Below, piece by piece: positions 10,709 to 24,085 of a stretch of DNA of 64,000 bases. Both the position numbers and the translations under genes were made by a program. This stretch comes from Phyllobates terribilis (taxonomy: Eukaryota), in contig NW_027362767.1 in the NCBI RefSeq assembly GCF_046119375.1, positions 368,342,001 to 368,406,000 on the forward strand, in the 5' to 3' direction. The notes below the pieces were generated by a model. The model had not been told where the DNA came from, ran no database searches, and was given only the letters and a program-made list of their open reading frames with translations. Each line of letters begins with the position of its first letter. Position 1 is the stretch's first letter.

Positions 10709-13700
10709 ATCAACCAGGCCAATCAAGCTGGTACCATCGGTTTGTAGGAGGAAGGCCTTTCCTGTTCATCGTGCTGGACGGTATAGCAACACCTGCATTA
10801 CTGGACACCGGCTCACAGGTAACCATCATACCTGATGTCCTCTACAAAAGGTACTGGTCCATAGATGAACTCCATCCGCCAGCCCCGAACCTCTGTGTAT
10901 GCCTCTAACGGCCTTCCTCTTAACCTAGTAGGGGTTAAGGACGTGACAGTGAAGGTGGGGAGAGCGGAACTAAAAGACCAAGGACTGATTGTAGTGGAAT
11001 CTAACCCTGTTACAAATACTTGGTACAAATATTGTTGGTAACTGTTTGGGAGAAGTGTTGTTTTTACTCCAACAGATTGCTGACACTGCCAAACCAGGGC
11101 AGAGGAAGGTGCTCCAGAGAGATTCGAGCCCTCCTGTACCAGCAATAGGTAAAGCTAACAGGTGGTGAGATTGGTAATGTACGGGTGACAGACTCGATAC
11201 CCATTGTGATTCCCCCAGTGAGTGAGATGCTGATTTGGTGTAGGGCAGCAATAGGTCTCAAGGGACAGAACTACCAGGCGGTAGTGGAGCCCATTAGCTC
11301 AGAGCACAGACCTACACTCTTAACTGATAGAGGGGTAGTTGATGTATGCAATGGGAGGGTACCCATACGTCTCCTAAATTGTGGGGTGGAGGAAGTTAAA
11401 TTACCAAGATACGCCACTGTTGCCAGATTGCATTCTGTGAATGATGATGCTATATACAGAGTGGAATCCTTGACCCCACCAGACACAGTGGAGGACAATA
11501 ACTCCGAAGCTCAGCTGGAGGATTGGTGTCAACAGCTCCATGTTGGGACTGACGCCACTCCTGTCCATCAAAAACACGGTGTTTACAGAGTGGTTCAGGA
11601 ATATGAACAAGTGTTTAGTAAACACCCACTTGACTTTGGAAGGGTTAAAGGGGTACAACACCTCATACCCACCGGTAACCATCCACCCATCAAGGAGCGT
11701 TACCGACCCATACCACCAGCACATTATCAGAAAGCCAAGGAAATGTTACACGACATGAAAATGGCAGGGGTAATAAGGGATAGCTGTAGCCCTTGGGCAG
11801 CTCCCCTGGTCCTGGTCAGGAAAAAGGACGGTAGCATGAGGATGTGTGTAGATTATAGATAGATTAATCGCATAACACATAAAGATGAATACCCTTTGCC
11901 CCATATAGAGGAATCCCTGGCTGCACTAAAATCTGCCAATTACTTCTCTACACTGGATCTCACTAGCGGGTACTGGCAAGTCTCTGTTGCTGAGGCAGAC
12001 CGGGAGAAGACGGCCTTCACCACCCCGATGGGACTGTGCGAGTTCAACAGTATGCCGTTTGGACCCTGCAATGTACCCAGAACGTTCCAGAGGCTGATGG
12101 AGTGTTGCTTGGGACACCGGAACTTCGAGACAGTGCTGCTGTACCTGGATGACGTTATCGTGTACTCGAGGACATATGAGGACCATCTGAAGCACCTGGC
12201 GGAGGTATTTGAAGCATTGTCCCAGTATGGGATGAAACTAAAGCCTTCTAAATGCCACTTGCTCAAGCAGAAGGTTCAGTACCTGGGGCACGGAGGGAGT
12301 AGCACAAGATCCGGAGAAGGTCACTGCCATCCAGAAGTGGCCTGAACTGAGAAGCATCAAAGAAGTACGGCAATTCCTGGGACTGGTCGGGTACTACAGG
12401 AGGTTCATAAAGGACTATACCAAAAAGGTATCACCTCTACAAGACCTCCTGGTAGGACAGTCCAAAAGAGGAAAGGGTCCCCCATTCCAGTGGGGCAAAG
12501 AACAGGCCGAATCCTTTGCAGTAATGATGGAAATCCTGACTGGTGAAGAAATCCTGGCTTACCCTGACTACAGACAGTCTTTCCTGCTGTACACCGATGC
12601 CAGCAATGAGGGACTGGGAGCTGTGTTGTCCCAGAAGCAGAATGGAAGAGAGAAGGTAATTGCGTATGCCAGCAGGAAGCTATGCCCTACTGAGAGGAAC
12701 CCGGAGAACTACAGTTCCTTCAAGCTGGAGTTCCTGGCTTTGGTCTGGGCTATCACTGAAAGGTTCAAGCATTAACTAGCCTCAACTAAGTTTACAGCTT
12801 TTACAGACAACAATCCCTTGACACACCTGGAGACATACAGGTTGGGAGCCATGGTACAGTGTTGGGTGGGCAGACAGTCAAATTATCAGTTCACCATCAA
12901 GTACCGGGCAGGTCACAAGAACACCATTGCTGATGCCCTGTCAAGGATGCCCCACCAGTCGGACACCAAGGATGAAGTGGATGATTTAGAGGAAGTTGAA
13001 TTACCTGCTTTCTGTAACATCCCTGGTGGCGTGCTTGCATAGCGCACCACCTCCCACTATGCAAGACCGCAATCTTACCTGTCAGTCCAGCCTGCAAATC
13101 TTGCTCCAGTTCATGCTGTGTGCATGTCTCTTGACTGACTGTTTAGGTCGGCGGCCCGGTTACTTCCTGATTCTTATAGCTGCTGTGGGCGCACCCCTAA
13201 TGCGTCTTCAGCCTATTGCTATGAGTCTCTGGATATTTAAACCCCCTCCACCCAGTAGGAGGTGCCTGAGCAACACTATCATTCAGTGTGCTCCTTGACT
13301 CTGAAGTTGCCAGGTCCAGCTCTGCTTCTTCTCTGTTTCCACCATCTCTGGGGGCTGCATACCCAGACCGGTTATCTGTGACTACTTGTCCGTTACGGCC
13401 ATCTCTGGGGGCTGTATACCCAGGCCTGTTATCTCTGACTTCTAGTCTGTTTCGCCTCTCTGGGGGCTGTATACCCATGCTCGTTCTTGTATCTCATTGC
13501 AGTAGCAGTTCCTGTCTGAACTGTATCCTAGCCTGTTACGTGTTTTTCTCTATGTCCGTACCTTCCCTTTTCCTGCAGTATCTGAACCTGCACCTAACTC
13601 CAATACGTTGTCTCTGTACTTCTGTTTGTGAGTTTTGTGTCCACTCGCTACTTCATAGTAAGTACCTTGTGTGTATCTGGTTCTGCTTGTCCCTTTTCCC

Positions 13701-16291
13701 TTCCTCCGTATCCACCTCCTGTTTTCTAGCCATCTTCCTGCATTTTCCAGTCTATTCCATGTGAACAGAGCCCTGTCCTCTCTGCCTGCACCTTCTGCCC
13801 TGTTCTGCTCTGCCTTGTCCACCGCACCTGCGGTTTCGCTCCACTCTGTCTTGCCCACCGCTGCTGCGGTTTCTCTCTGCTCTGACTTACCCACCGCTCC
13901 GGCGGTTCCGCTCTGCTCTGCCTTGTCCACCGCACCTGTGGTTTCGCTCCGCTCTGTCTTGCCCACCGCTCCGGCGGTTTCTCTCTGCTCTGACTTGCCC
14001 ACCGCTCTGGCGTTTTCTCTCTGCTCTGACTTACCAACCACTCCGGCGGTTTCGCTTTACTCTGCTTGTCTACCGCATCTGCGGCTCTGTACCTGTCTCC
14101 CAGTCTGTACTGGACCCTATCCAGCCTGCGCTCCAACCTGCTAGTACCTCCCTGTCTGCACTACAGCTTGCCAGTGCCCACCTGTCTGCATACCAGCCGT
14201 GCTTGCCAGTGCCCACCTGTCTGCATACCAGCCGTACTTGCCAGTACCCACCTGTCTGCATGCCAGCCGTACTTGCCAATACCCACCTGCCTGTATGCCA
14301 GTCTAACCTGCCTGTTCCTGCATTCCCCAGTGTGGGTCAACAACTGTGACCGGGGTCTGACCTGGAGTCGCACCTGGTCCCTCTGCTCGGTTCCTCCTTG
14401 GTCCACGAAGTCGACTAAGCCGCCGTGCGACCTTGGTCGGATCGGGTTGATACTTAGTTACGCCCCTCCAGGCACTCCTCGGTTCATGGTACAGTGGGAT
14501 CACTAATCACGCTCACGCCAGTCAGTCTGGACGTGAGCATAACACTTTCCACAGAAGCGCAGTGGTCCATGAGCAACACGTCACCAGAAGACGTCGGGGA
14601 AGGACGCTGAATCCTCTACCCCACCACAGTTGGAAGGAGACCCAGGACAGTGACCCGGTTGTCAGCCTTATCAAAAGACTGATCACCCAGGAAGGTTCCC
14701 ACCCGGAGAAGAATTCTCCTCCACAAGCTAAGCAACTGTGGAATGAAAGAAGCCGGCTGTTCATCTACAGAGAGAAGCTGTGCAGAAGATATGTCAACCC
14801 CAAGACCCATGAAATGTTGTGGCAGATTGTTGTACCCAGAACAGATATCCAGATGGTGTTGGAAGCCTACCACGATCAAGCAGGTCACTTTGGCTGGAAG
14901 AAGCTGGAAACCCTGCTGAAGGACCGGTTCTACTGAGTTGGAATGCGGAGCTCCATAGAGAGTTGGTGCCGGAATTGTGGGCCCTGTAGCCTCAGAAGAA
15001 AAGACTACGGCAGCCAGAAAGCACCCTTGCAGTCCATCAAGACAACCCAGCCCCTGGAGATTGTCGCTCTGGATCACGTCAAGCTGTCACCCAGCAGGTC
15101 AGGCTACTCCTATGCCCTGATCATGGTGGATCACTATTCCCGGTTCCTGGTGGTAGCCCCTGTCAAGGACCTGACAGCAGAGACTGCAGCAAGAACGTTC
15201 CAAGCATACTTCTTCAGGCCCCATGGATACCCGGACAAAGTGCTGACGGATCAAGGCCCTGCCTTTGAAGCCGAGCTGTTTAAAGAATTCTGTCATCTGT
15301 ATGGGTGCAATAAGATCCGGACTACGCCGTATCACCCTCAGACTAATGGTTTGTGTGAGAAAATGAACAACATCGTCATAGACCTGCTGAAAACCTTACC
15401 CTTGGAAGAAAGGAACCAGTGGCCAGACAAACTACCTGATCTGGTAGATCTGTACAATCACATACCTGTGAGTTCTACTAATTGTATCCCAGCATACCTC
15501 ATGAGAGCAAGACCCGGAAAGTTGCCCATGGACCTGGAACTCGGAGTGGTAGAGCCTGAAGCAGATATGTCCACTGAAGACTGGGATACAAATCGGCAGG
15601 AGCAGTACAGGAGAGTACAGGCCTGTGTCGAAGACAGTCTGAACCGAGTAAGGGAGAGGCAGGAAGAACAGTACAATAAACATGCACCAGCAGAACCCTT
15701 GGCACCTGGAGAGATAGAAGAAGTCACAAGCTCGATGACCAGTGGAAAAGAGAGCCCTACACAGTGCTGAACTCCAGATTTGACAATAGTAAAACTTGCC
15801 TGATTAGCAAAGATGGAGGAAAAACGACCGCAACAGTCTCAAGAGACCATTTGAAAGTGTGCCCAGGTCTACTGAAGACAACGGAGGAAGAAGTACCTCC
15901 TATAGCACCGGAAGAACCCAAAGAAGAAGTGCTTCACACAGTTCTAGGAGATTTCCCTGTGGACTGGCCTCAACTTGATGAAGCAGTTATAATACCGGTG
16001 ATACACTTCTATCAACAACCAGAAGAACCTGTGAGCGCCCTGAAAGAGCCTGCTCAGGAACAGGAAGAGTCCCCAGTAAGAGGAGAATCACCAGTTGAAG
16101 CAGAGTCTGCAGGCCCAGTGGACAGTGCACTTGCAAGTCCCATAGAGAGATTAAGGCAGTTCTATAATCTACCAGCACGTACACCTGCTAGATTAACAGA
16201 AAGTGCATGCACAGACACTAGTAACACCCCAGTGCTACGAAGGTCCACACGCAGCACACAAGGACAAATCCCTGCCAGGTTTAGGGAATAA
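10709..16291 (+). pseudogene. pol: Gypsy pol (PR, RT, RNase H, IN), fragmented and interrupted by a solo LTR
   Basis: LLDTGSQVT (PR); SPWAAPLVLVRKKDGSMRMCVDYR and LYLDDVIVYS (RT); YTDASNEGLGAVL (RH); H-H-C-C, ALDHV, VDHYSR, TDQGPAFE and YHPQTNGLCE (IN). Confidence 0.92.
13013..14544. mobile_element. Solo LTR (1532 bp) of a third LTR family, with internal tandem repeats
   Basis: TGTAAC...ATAACA with 5-bp TSD CTTTC (13008-13012 / 14545-14549). Removing it restores ELPAF-HRSAVV. Internal short tandem repeats at about 13340-13480, 13780-14060 and 14170-14300. Confidence 0.9.
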
Positions 16292-16745
16292 GCACAAAGT
16301 GCCTACATTATAAATAGTTACCCAGTAGGGTATTGCTTATTGTTTATTGTGTAAACTGAAATTAAATGTGTGCCTGTAGTTACCCGTCAGGGTACAGAGA
16401 CTTGTAGGCTGAGGACTGTGAGCAGCCAAAAACTTTATTTGTAAATAGTTTCACTCATCAAAAGTGCCCCCATAATTGACCACTGAGCAAAAACCCATTT
16501 GGCGTGGCCGAATACGTGGTCCAGCACCTGGATCACTTATGCCCTGTAGCCACGCCCAGGGCCTACGTTGAGGGTTTTCAGGCGGGTCCCTCATGTTACC
16601 CTTGTTACACTTTCTTCGGTGAAATGGACACCTGGTTACGGGACTTACTGTAACTTAATTATTGTTATTATTATAATTGTTATTATTGTTGTAACCTGTT
16701 ACAAAATGCTTCAGTCCAGGAGTACTGAATTGTACTAGGGGGGAA

Positions 16746-17785
16746 TGTGGCACCCTGCTGTTCACAGGTACCACAGGACCCAGGGTGCATGGATGGACTT
16801 ATCCACAAGAGGCCCTCATTACATACAAACACCTCCACTCTTCCACCTCATACCACCAGAGGGAGCCCGTTAGGGATATATATATGGAGGGTGGAGCCAG
16901 GCAGTTAGTCAGTCAGACAGAATCTGAGAGCGTGCTGACGCTGAGAGCAGCGAAGACGCAGCACGTCTGCTGCTGAGTTCTGAGGGCCCCGAGTGTGGCC
17001 GAAGGCAAGAGGAGAAAGGAGAGAGGGGTTGAGGGGGGCAGAGGAGCATCATAGGCTCACCCCGATATACAAACCGGACACTGGGTCCGCGCCTACAGGG
17101 TCCCTTTATACCCAGTAGGGATCACCGGCATTCCAGGAGGACTACAAGTCCCTGGCCGACCTGAAGCTAGACCCATTACAGGACCAGGAACCACGAAGGA
17201 TCTGGCGCCCAGGGATTGTGGTTGCCAGTAGAAGGTCCTACTACCGAGCGACAGGTGAAGGAACAGTACGACACATAAGCTAGGCCCAGTTGCAGGCTGG
17301 CCAGGAGTATACAGAGAGGCAGACACGGACCAGGAGACCTTATACCCCCCTCACTGGGGAGAAGTCCTGAAGTGCACCCATCCTACTGAGTACCCTGGAC
17401 CATACCTGACATCTGCACCAGTAAAGGTATTGAAGCGAATCCCCTGTCTTTGGCAGTTACTCCTGCTGCGCCATCCCGCCTGCACTACAAGCCCCAGCAT
17501 CACCACCCACCATCAAGCTCCACACTGCCCTGGAGGCCCACTCCACCTGTGGGGAGCAGAAACACCTCAGCTGCCATCCCAACACCCCCGGAGGTCTGAA
17601 GCAGCGCTGGTAATCATTACCAGGTACCACAGGTGGCGTCACAAACTGTTTATTTATTTTATCCAAGTTCCAATCCCCTTTTGAAGAGTGACCCAAGGGT
17701 AAGGGCCCGGGAGCCAACCACCGCGACACCCCCAAACCAGGCAAAGGCCCGGGTACCGAGTTGTCCCCATCCCCTGGGTGCGACA
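16746..17785 (+). repeat. 3' LTR of the nested Gypsy
   Basis: Preceded by a G-rich PPT ending GGGGAA. Matches 8240-9274. Confidence 0.95.
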
Positions 17786-17789
17786 CTGG

Positions 17790-20609
17790 CAGGAGAGGTC
17801 GAGGAGACCCCATCGATTCCCGAGCTGGAAGTGTCCCGGGGCACGTTTGAGACAGCTCAGCTACAGGATCCCACTCTGACTCGGGCGCAGGAAAGGGTGT
17901 TAAAGGTAAATGGCATAGCTCAACAGCAACTGCAGATCCTGTATTTCCACGCATGGTAGTAAACGGTGAGTTGCTCTATAGGGTAGACAAAATCAGGGTC
18001 GAGGTCGTGGAACAGTTAGTGGTACCTCAGTCGTACCATCGGGCGGTTCTGGAGTTGGCACACACACACCTGCTGGGTGGACACTAAGGGGTTAAAAAGA
18101 TGCAAGAGCGTATCTTGCAAAGGTTCTTTTGGCAGGGGATTTACGCGGAGGTCCAAAAGTACTGTGAATCCTGCCCCGAATGTCAGTTGCCCACACCCAC
18201 CGCAAGTTTCTGTAGCTCATTGGTACCCTTGCCAGTGATAGAGGTACCTTTTGAACGGATTGCAATGGACTTGGTAGGGCCCATTGTAAAATCCGCTCGT
18301 GGCCACCAACACATACTGGTGGTCGTCGACTATGCCACCCAGTACCCTGAGGCTATTCCGCAACGCCACACCTCGGCAAAACTGAATGCACGGGAGCTGT
18401 TTGCCTTGTTCTGTCGCCTTGGACTACCTAAGGAGATCCTGATGGATCAGGGGACCCCTTTTATGTTCAAAGTGACAAGGGAACTGTGCAAACTGCTAAA
18501 AATTAAACAATTGCGCACCTCGGTGTACCACCCTCAAACCGACGGGCTAGTAGAACGGATCAATAAAACCCTCAAGTCCATGTTAAAAAAGGTGGTTTCT
18601 AAGGACGGAAGGGATTGGGACATGTTGCTACCCTATTTGATGTTCGCCATCCGTGAGTTACCCCAGGCTTCCACAGGGTTCTCTCCCTTTGAGTTATTGT
18701 ACGGCAGACACCCTAGGGGTCTGTTGGACGTAGCCAAAGAGACATGCGAACAAGAGCCGACTCCACATAGGAGTATAATTGAACATGTGGCTAGTATGCA
18801 GGACCGGATAGCGGCGGTCATGCCCATCGTGAAAGAACATCTGTTAGATGCCCAGGCAGCCCAGAGGCGCACATATAATAAAAGAGCCAGAGTCAGGTCT
18901 TTTAACAAGGGCAATCGGGTGTTAGTACTGGTACCCACAGCTGAGCGTAAGCTCATGGCCAAGTGGCAAGGGCCATATGAGGTTAGAGAAAAGGTGGGGG
19001 AGGTAAATTACCGGGTGTATCAGCCCGGAAGGAGGAAACCTGAGCAGCTTTATTATGTAAACCTGATAAAACCTTGGAGAGATCGAGAGTGTTTAGTTAC
19101 ACACGTCACTCCGGGCATGCCGCCAGAGAGTTCTCTACCTTCAGCCAGGGATGCATCCGGGGGAGAGGTCACGATAAGTGATGCTCTCACTAAACAGCAG
19201 CGATGGGAGGCTCGCTCACTGGTGCAGCAGAATACTGACGTGTTCTCAGAGCTACTGGGTAGGACTACAGTTCTCCAACATGACATAGTCACCGAACCTG
19301 GGGTAAGGGTGCGAATGAGACTGTACCGGGCACCCGAAGCCCGGAGGCAACCCATCACGGCTAAGGTAAAACAAATGCTCCAGTTAGGCGTCATCGAGGA
19401 ATCACGGAGTGAGTGGGCTAGCCCCATCGTACTGATTCCGAAACAAGACTGATCGTTACGCTTCTGTAACGATTTCCGAAAACTAAATGAAGTGTTGAAG
19501 TTTTACCTTTATCCAATGACCAGGGTGGATGAGCTGATTGAGAGACTAGGGCAGGCCCAGTACTTTACCACGCTCGATCTCACCAAAGGTTACTGGCAGG
19601 TACCTCTCATGAAATCGGCGAAGGAAAAAACTGCCTTCATAACTCTGGAAGTTCTATATCACTATGTGGTCTTATCTTTTGGGTTACATGGGGCCCCGGC
19701 TACATTCCAGAGGTTGATGGACATAGTGCTCAAGCCTCATCAGGAGTACGCGTCTGCGTATCTAGATGATATTATCATCTTTAGCACCGACTGGCATATG
19801 CATCTATCCCAGGCTCAAGCAGTGCTGGATTCACTCAGAGCCGCGGGGTTAACGGCAAACCCCAAAAAATGTGCGATAGGGCTAGAGGAAGCCCGATATT
19901 TGGGGTATGTCATTGGCTGAGGAGTTATCAAGCCCCAAATCAATAAAGTTGAGGCCATAAAAAATTGGCCTAAACCATCAAGTACAAAGCAGGTGAGGGC
20001 GTTCCTTGGCATCCTTGGGTATTACCGCCGGTTTATACCTAATTTTGCTGGGAGAATGGCGGCCCTGACCGATCTCTTGAAAGGAAAAAATCGGTGATGG
20101 TTCGGTGGAACCCTCAGGCAGAAGAAGCCTTTCAGTCCATGAAGTTGACCCTGTGTGGACAGCCGGTCCTCATCAGCCCCAACTTCAAGGAAACCTTAAT
20201 TGTACAGACAGATGCCTCGGAGGTAGGCCTAGGGGCGGTATTGTCACAAAACGTGAATGGTGAAGAGCACCCGGTCACCTACTTGAGTAGAAAACTTGTT
20301 CCGGCAGAGAAAAACTATAGCGTGGTAGAGAAAGAGTGTTTGGCTATTAAGTGGGCCTTGGAATCACTACGTTATTATTTATTTGGGCGTCAGTTCTGCT
20401 TGGTGATGGACCACTCACCCTTGGTATGGATGAGAAATGCCAAGGAGAGGAATGCGCGAGTCACCAGGTGGTTCCTGTCACTGCAAAATTTCAGTTTCTC
20501 TGTAGAACATCACCCTGGGAAGTCGCAGGCAATCGCGGATGCCCTCTTCCGGGCACCCTGTATGGTGGCAAATGTTCAACCCCACAAGTTTGAACAGAGG
20601 GGGGGGATA
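17790..20609 (+). pseudogene. pol: Gmr1 pol: integrase (ORF 18100-19452), then RT and RNase H
   Basis: IN motifs HTHLLGGH, CESCPEC, MDLVGP, MDQGTPF and YHPQTDGLVER come before RT SAYLDDIII and RH QTDASEVGLGAVL. Confidence 0.93.
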
Positions 20610-23094
20610 TGTGAGGCAGTCACCGGGATCGCATACGAGGGACGTTATATATCCCCCAGAATGTGTACAGAGACCTATTAAATCCATTGGAGTGCATTGC
20701 AGTCACAGACACACCTTCAAACAATGGTACAGCGGTCTCAGGGAGCGCCAAAGGAATACTGGACAAGTAAATGGATAATAACCGACCTTTATTCTTCCTC
20801 CAATGCCACTGCCACAACGCTTTTCCACGGTCTAAGCCGTCTTCATCAGGTGTGGTAAAGGAGAATGTTATAATGGCAGCTTTATAAAAGGGTGGTATTT
20901 TACACAATTTGGACCACATGTTGTAATCAATTAACCCTTTCATTGTAGAACTCCATATAATGCATTCTTTACCAATTAACCTCTTATTTCCCCTTGAAAC
21001 AGCATTGTGCACTCATATTTAAAATTCCCTAGATGGATTCATAAGCTCACAATTTTTAATAAAAACTTCCTATTTATGTTTAAAAATGAAAATAAATACT
21101 GAATAATAAATAATAAAAAAAAATTTTATAATGAAAAAAAAATATATATATATATAATACCACATCGCTGCAGATTGTCAGACTACAGAACCCAACAGAT
21201 TGCTAAAATCACCCTTAAAGCCTTCTTAGGGTGTCTTGACAATAATATACTGTGATTTCCAACCCCAGTTCCAAAGTTAAGTTTCATAAAGGGACAATAC
21301 ACTTTCATATAAAATGGCCGAAAATAACTTTGTACAGTTGCCCACTACTATTATAAACCCCACAAGTTATTGGAGTCATCCTGGGGACCTTTTTAGGGTG
21401 TCTTAACAAAGCTATACTATGATTTCCAGCCCCCAATTCAAAAGTTAAGTTTCTTAAAGAGACAGTACACTTCCATTTAAAATGGCCGCAAATAACCTTG
21501 TACCTTACTCACTAATGTTATGAACCCCATGAATTGTTACAAATTGTTAAAAATTGTTAAAATCACCCATGGAACCTACCCAGGGTGTCCTGATAATGCT
21601 ATACTGCGATTACCAACCCCCAATTCAAAAGTTAAGCTTCTTAAAGAGACAGTACACTTTCATATAAAATGGCCAAAAATAACCTTGTGCGGTTGCCCAC
21701 TACTGTTATAAAGCACCTAAAACCCGATACTCTCCATTATCATGATCAGAACCTATGCTTCCAGTGGACCAAATATCCGACAACAATAGGAAAAATGAGC
21801 TAAGTGACAACCCAAAAGGGCGAATAAGTTTCCTACCGGGCTGCCCCATACCATGACTTCAATCCTATCTAGGTGACCCCACAAGCCCCCTTTATACGTC
21901 TGATGACAACCCGGGAAAGATATGAAAGGGACAACATTAAACCTTCTCGGATTTAATGGTTTGATGTGTTTTCAATCATGAGGTTCAAACCCTCAGGGTA
22001 CAAAGTACCCATTTTGTAAATCCAGAAACTTTCTTTCTTTATAAGTGTACTCAAACGTTCGTGTCCATTATCCACAATGTGGTCGATGATGGTTATTTTC
22101 ATTTTGCTCGGGTCTTTGTGGTGATGGTTTGCATAGTGTCTTGAGACACTATGTAATTGATATCCTGCCCTTATATTTGATCTGTGTTTTTTTAATCAGG
22201 CATGGGCCGTTTGGATTGTCCGGCCGATGTATTGCAAGCCACAGGGGCACTCCAACAGGTATACTACATAGGTGGATTGACATGTTAATCTCTGTTTAAT
22301 CTGAAAAACCTCATTAGTGGTATTAGATTTAAAGGTTTTTGCATTATTAGTTATAACGCCCCAACACATACATTTAGGTGTATTACATGCGAAACAGCCT
22401 CCTGTGTTGGTATTAGTCATCAAATCCCTTATTTTCTTCTTCTTTCTGTTTATGTTGCTGGGAGCAAGCAAGGTTTTTAAACTTCTAACTACACGCTTAA
22501 TCTTGGTTGTGTAGAAGTACACAACCATTATAGGTGAGTGCACTTTTAATTTATACAAATAGCCCTGTGTGTCTACACATGCGCCCTTTCCCTTTTTCTT
22601 TTTACACAAACTCACCTGCGACTGCAATGCAGGAATGAAGGTGAGCATTGACCTGGTCAGGCTATCTGGCTAAGGCAGATTAAGGAAAACCCAGCAGGGC
22701 CTTCATTTCTTGGAGGAGGCTACAGGAAGGTAGTGGGGCGGCCTCCTCCCTCCAACCCGTGTTTTCCAGTGGCTCTTGCCACAGGTCCTTTAAAATCCCT
22801 GCATTAAGGATTAGTGTTGTTCTATGTTGGAACCTGCTAGGAGCATAGCAGGAAAGCTCAACAGGATTGAGTGTGGCTGAACCCACGCCTGGGAAGACTC
22901 TGCACCTGTCAGGCTCTGAGCGGCCCGGCGCGGCCGTTGCCCACGGCAACCGTTGTTTAAGGACTCGTGTTAACCCGGCTGCGAACCGGAGAACTTTTCT
23001 GTTTACCTGTGAGTTGCTGAATATAGCTATTTATGTTGGACTTGCTTGGGTCACTGCCTCAGTTACTGCACGGTGTGAACACCGCCGCCTTACA
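20610..23094 (+). repeat. 3' LTR of the Gmr1-like element, split by a Penelope insertion (20708-22604)
   Basis: 20610-20707 and 22605-23094 together align to the 5' LTR. CACA is duplicated at the junctions. Confidence 0.9.
20708..22604 (-). mobile_element. 5'-truncated Penelope-like element (GIY-YIG endonuclease remnant, internal ~170-185-bp repeats, hammerhead-like motif)
   Basis: Minus-strand CFACNTPKC...TCQSTYVVYLLECPCGLQYIGRT. Three related repeats start near 21249, 21415 and 21601. CTGATGA...GAAA motif at 20811-20860. Confidence 0.85.
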
Positions 23095-24085
23095 CTGCCT
23101 ATCTGCTTAATTTTCATATTCCTCCCCTCCCCTGCATGTCACAGGGCCCCGTGACGTGCACTCTTCTCGTTCACATCTCTCGCATGCGCAAAGCGCCTCT
23201 AACGTCAGGCGTGCTTTTTTTTCTCCCGGTCCTATTTTTCCCTGCAGTAGTCTAGTGCGCAGGCGCACTAGATTCCCTGTATCTTTGGCCCTCTGTGTAT
23301 TTGAGTTAGACATCCCTGGCTTAAAGGGTTATTCTCATCATGATAAAGGGTTACAATTACAACGAGGTTGTAAAAACAAACAACTTTGCAATTTTACTTT
23401 TGATTAAAAATGCTCTCCATTCTCAAGAACAGACCTCCTCTGCAATTGGTAGCTAGTATCTTAGGCTTGGAGTGCAGTGCTTACAAGCTCTTTGCAATAG
23501 ACTATAGCACTCTAATGTAAGAGTTGTTTTTCTAAACTAAAACCTCAGTATTTAGGTTAAATGACCGTGTTGGCACTTTACTATAAATAAGTGGGGTTTG
23601 GATTGAAGTTTAGGCACTCGGTCTCTAAAAGGTTCGCTGCACTAGAGGCTGTGTCCTTGTATTTCCTGCTGATTTTAGTGTGGAGACTTGTGAGCACTGA
23701 TTCTCCTTTGTACAGTTGCATTCTTTTTAGTTGCAGCACTAAAGGAAATAACTGCAGAAATCAAAGTTTTTTTGTAAGAGTTAATTTACACAAGCAAATA
23801 ATCGTTTAAATGATATGATCGTAACTCACGACGAGCATGCAATGTCAGACAAGTGTTAATTCAGAGTGAGAATTGTGAATGAAATGGTTGTTAGATCGTA
23901 AGATTGAACATCATGCACTTTGATCACACGGATAATCTGAAGTGTAGTTATATGTTCCACATTCAACTCCCATAAGAGATGCTAATTATTTGAATACAAC
24001 AATTCAAACTATTGTACAAACATTTCCTTTAACTCTGCACAAAAAATATTTCATCGAATGAGCAACATTTTTTTGGGGTAATTAT

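Larger units (their letters stand above)
8240..17785 (+). mobile_element. Second Ty3/Gypsy element (RT-RH-IN order) nested in the Gmr1 pol
   Basis: LTRs at 8240-9274 and 16746-17785, TSD CTGG (8236-8239 / 17786-17789). Removing it restores the host frame FPLEVLAGEVEETP. Confidence 0.95.
6077..23094 (+). mobile_element. Gmr1-like Ty3/Gypsy LTR retrotransposon (gag-SCAN, PR, IN, RT, RH order), with nested insertions
   Basis: Paired LTRs, probable TSD CTGC (6073-6076 / 23095-23098), tRNA-Ala PBS, PPT GAGGGGGGGGATA before 20610, and integrase upstream of RT. Confidence 0.92.

Noticed and set aside
13288-14506. Low-complexity ORFs as an env or accessory gene of the Gypsy element
   Set aside because: They lie inside a TSD-bounded solo LTR and derive from its tandem repeats.
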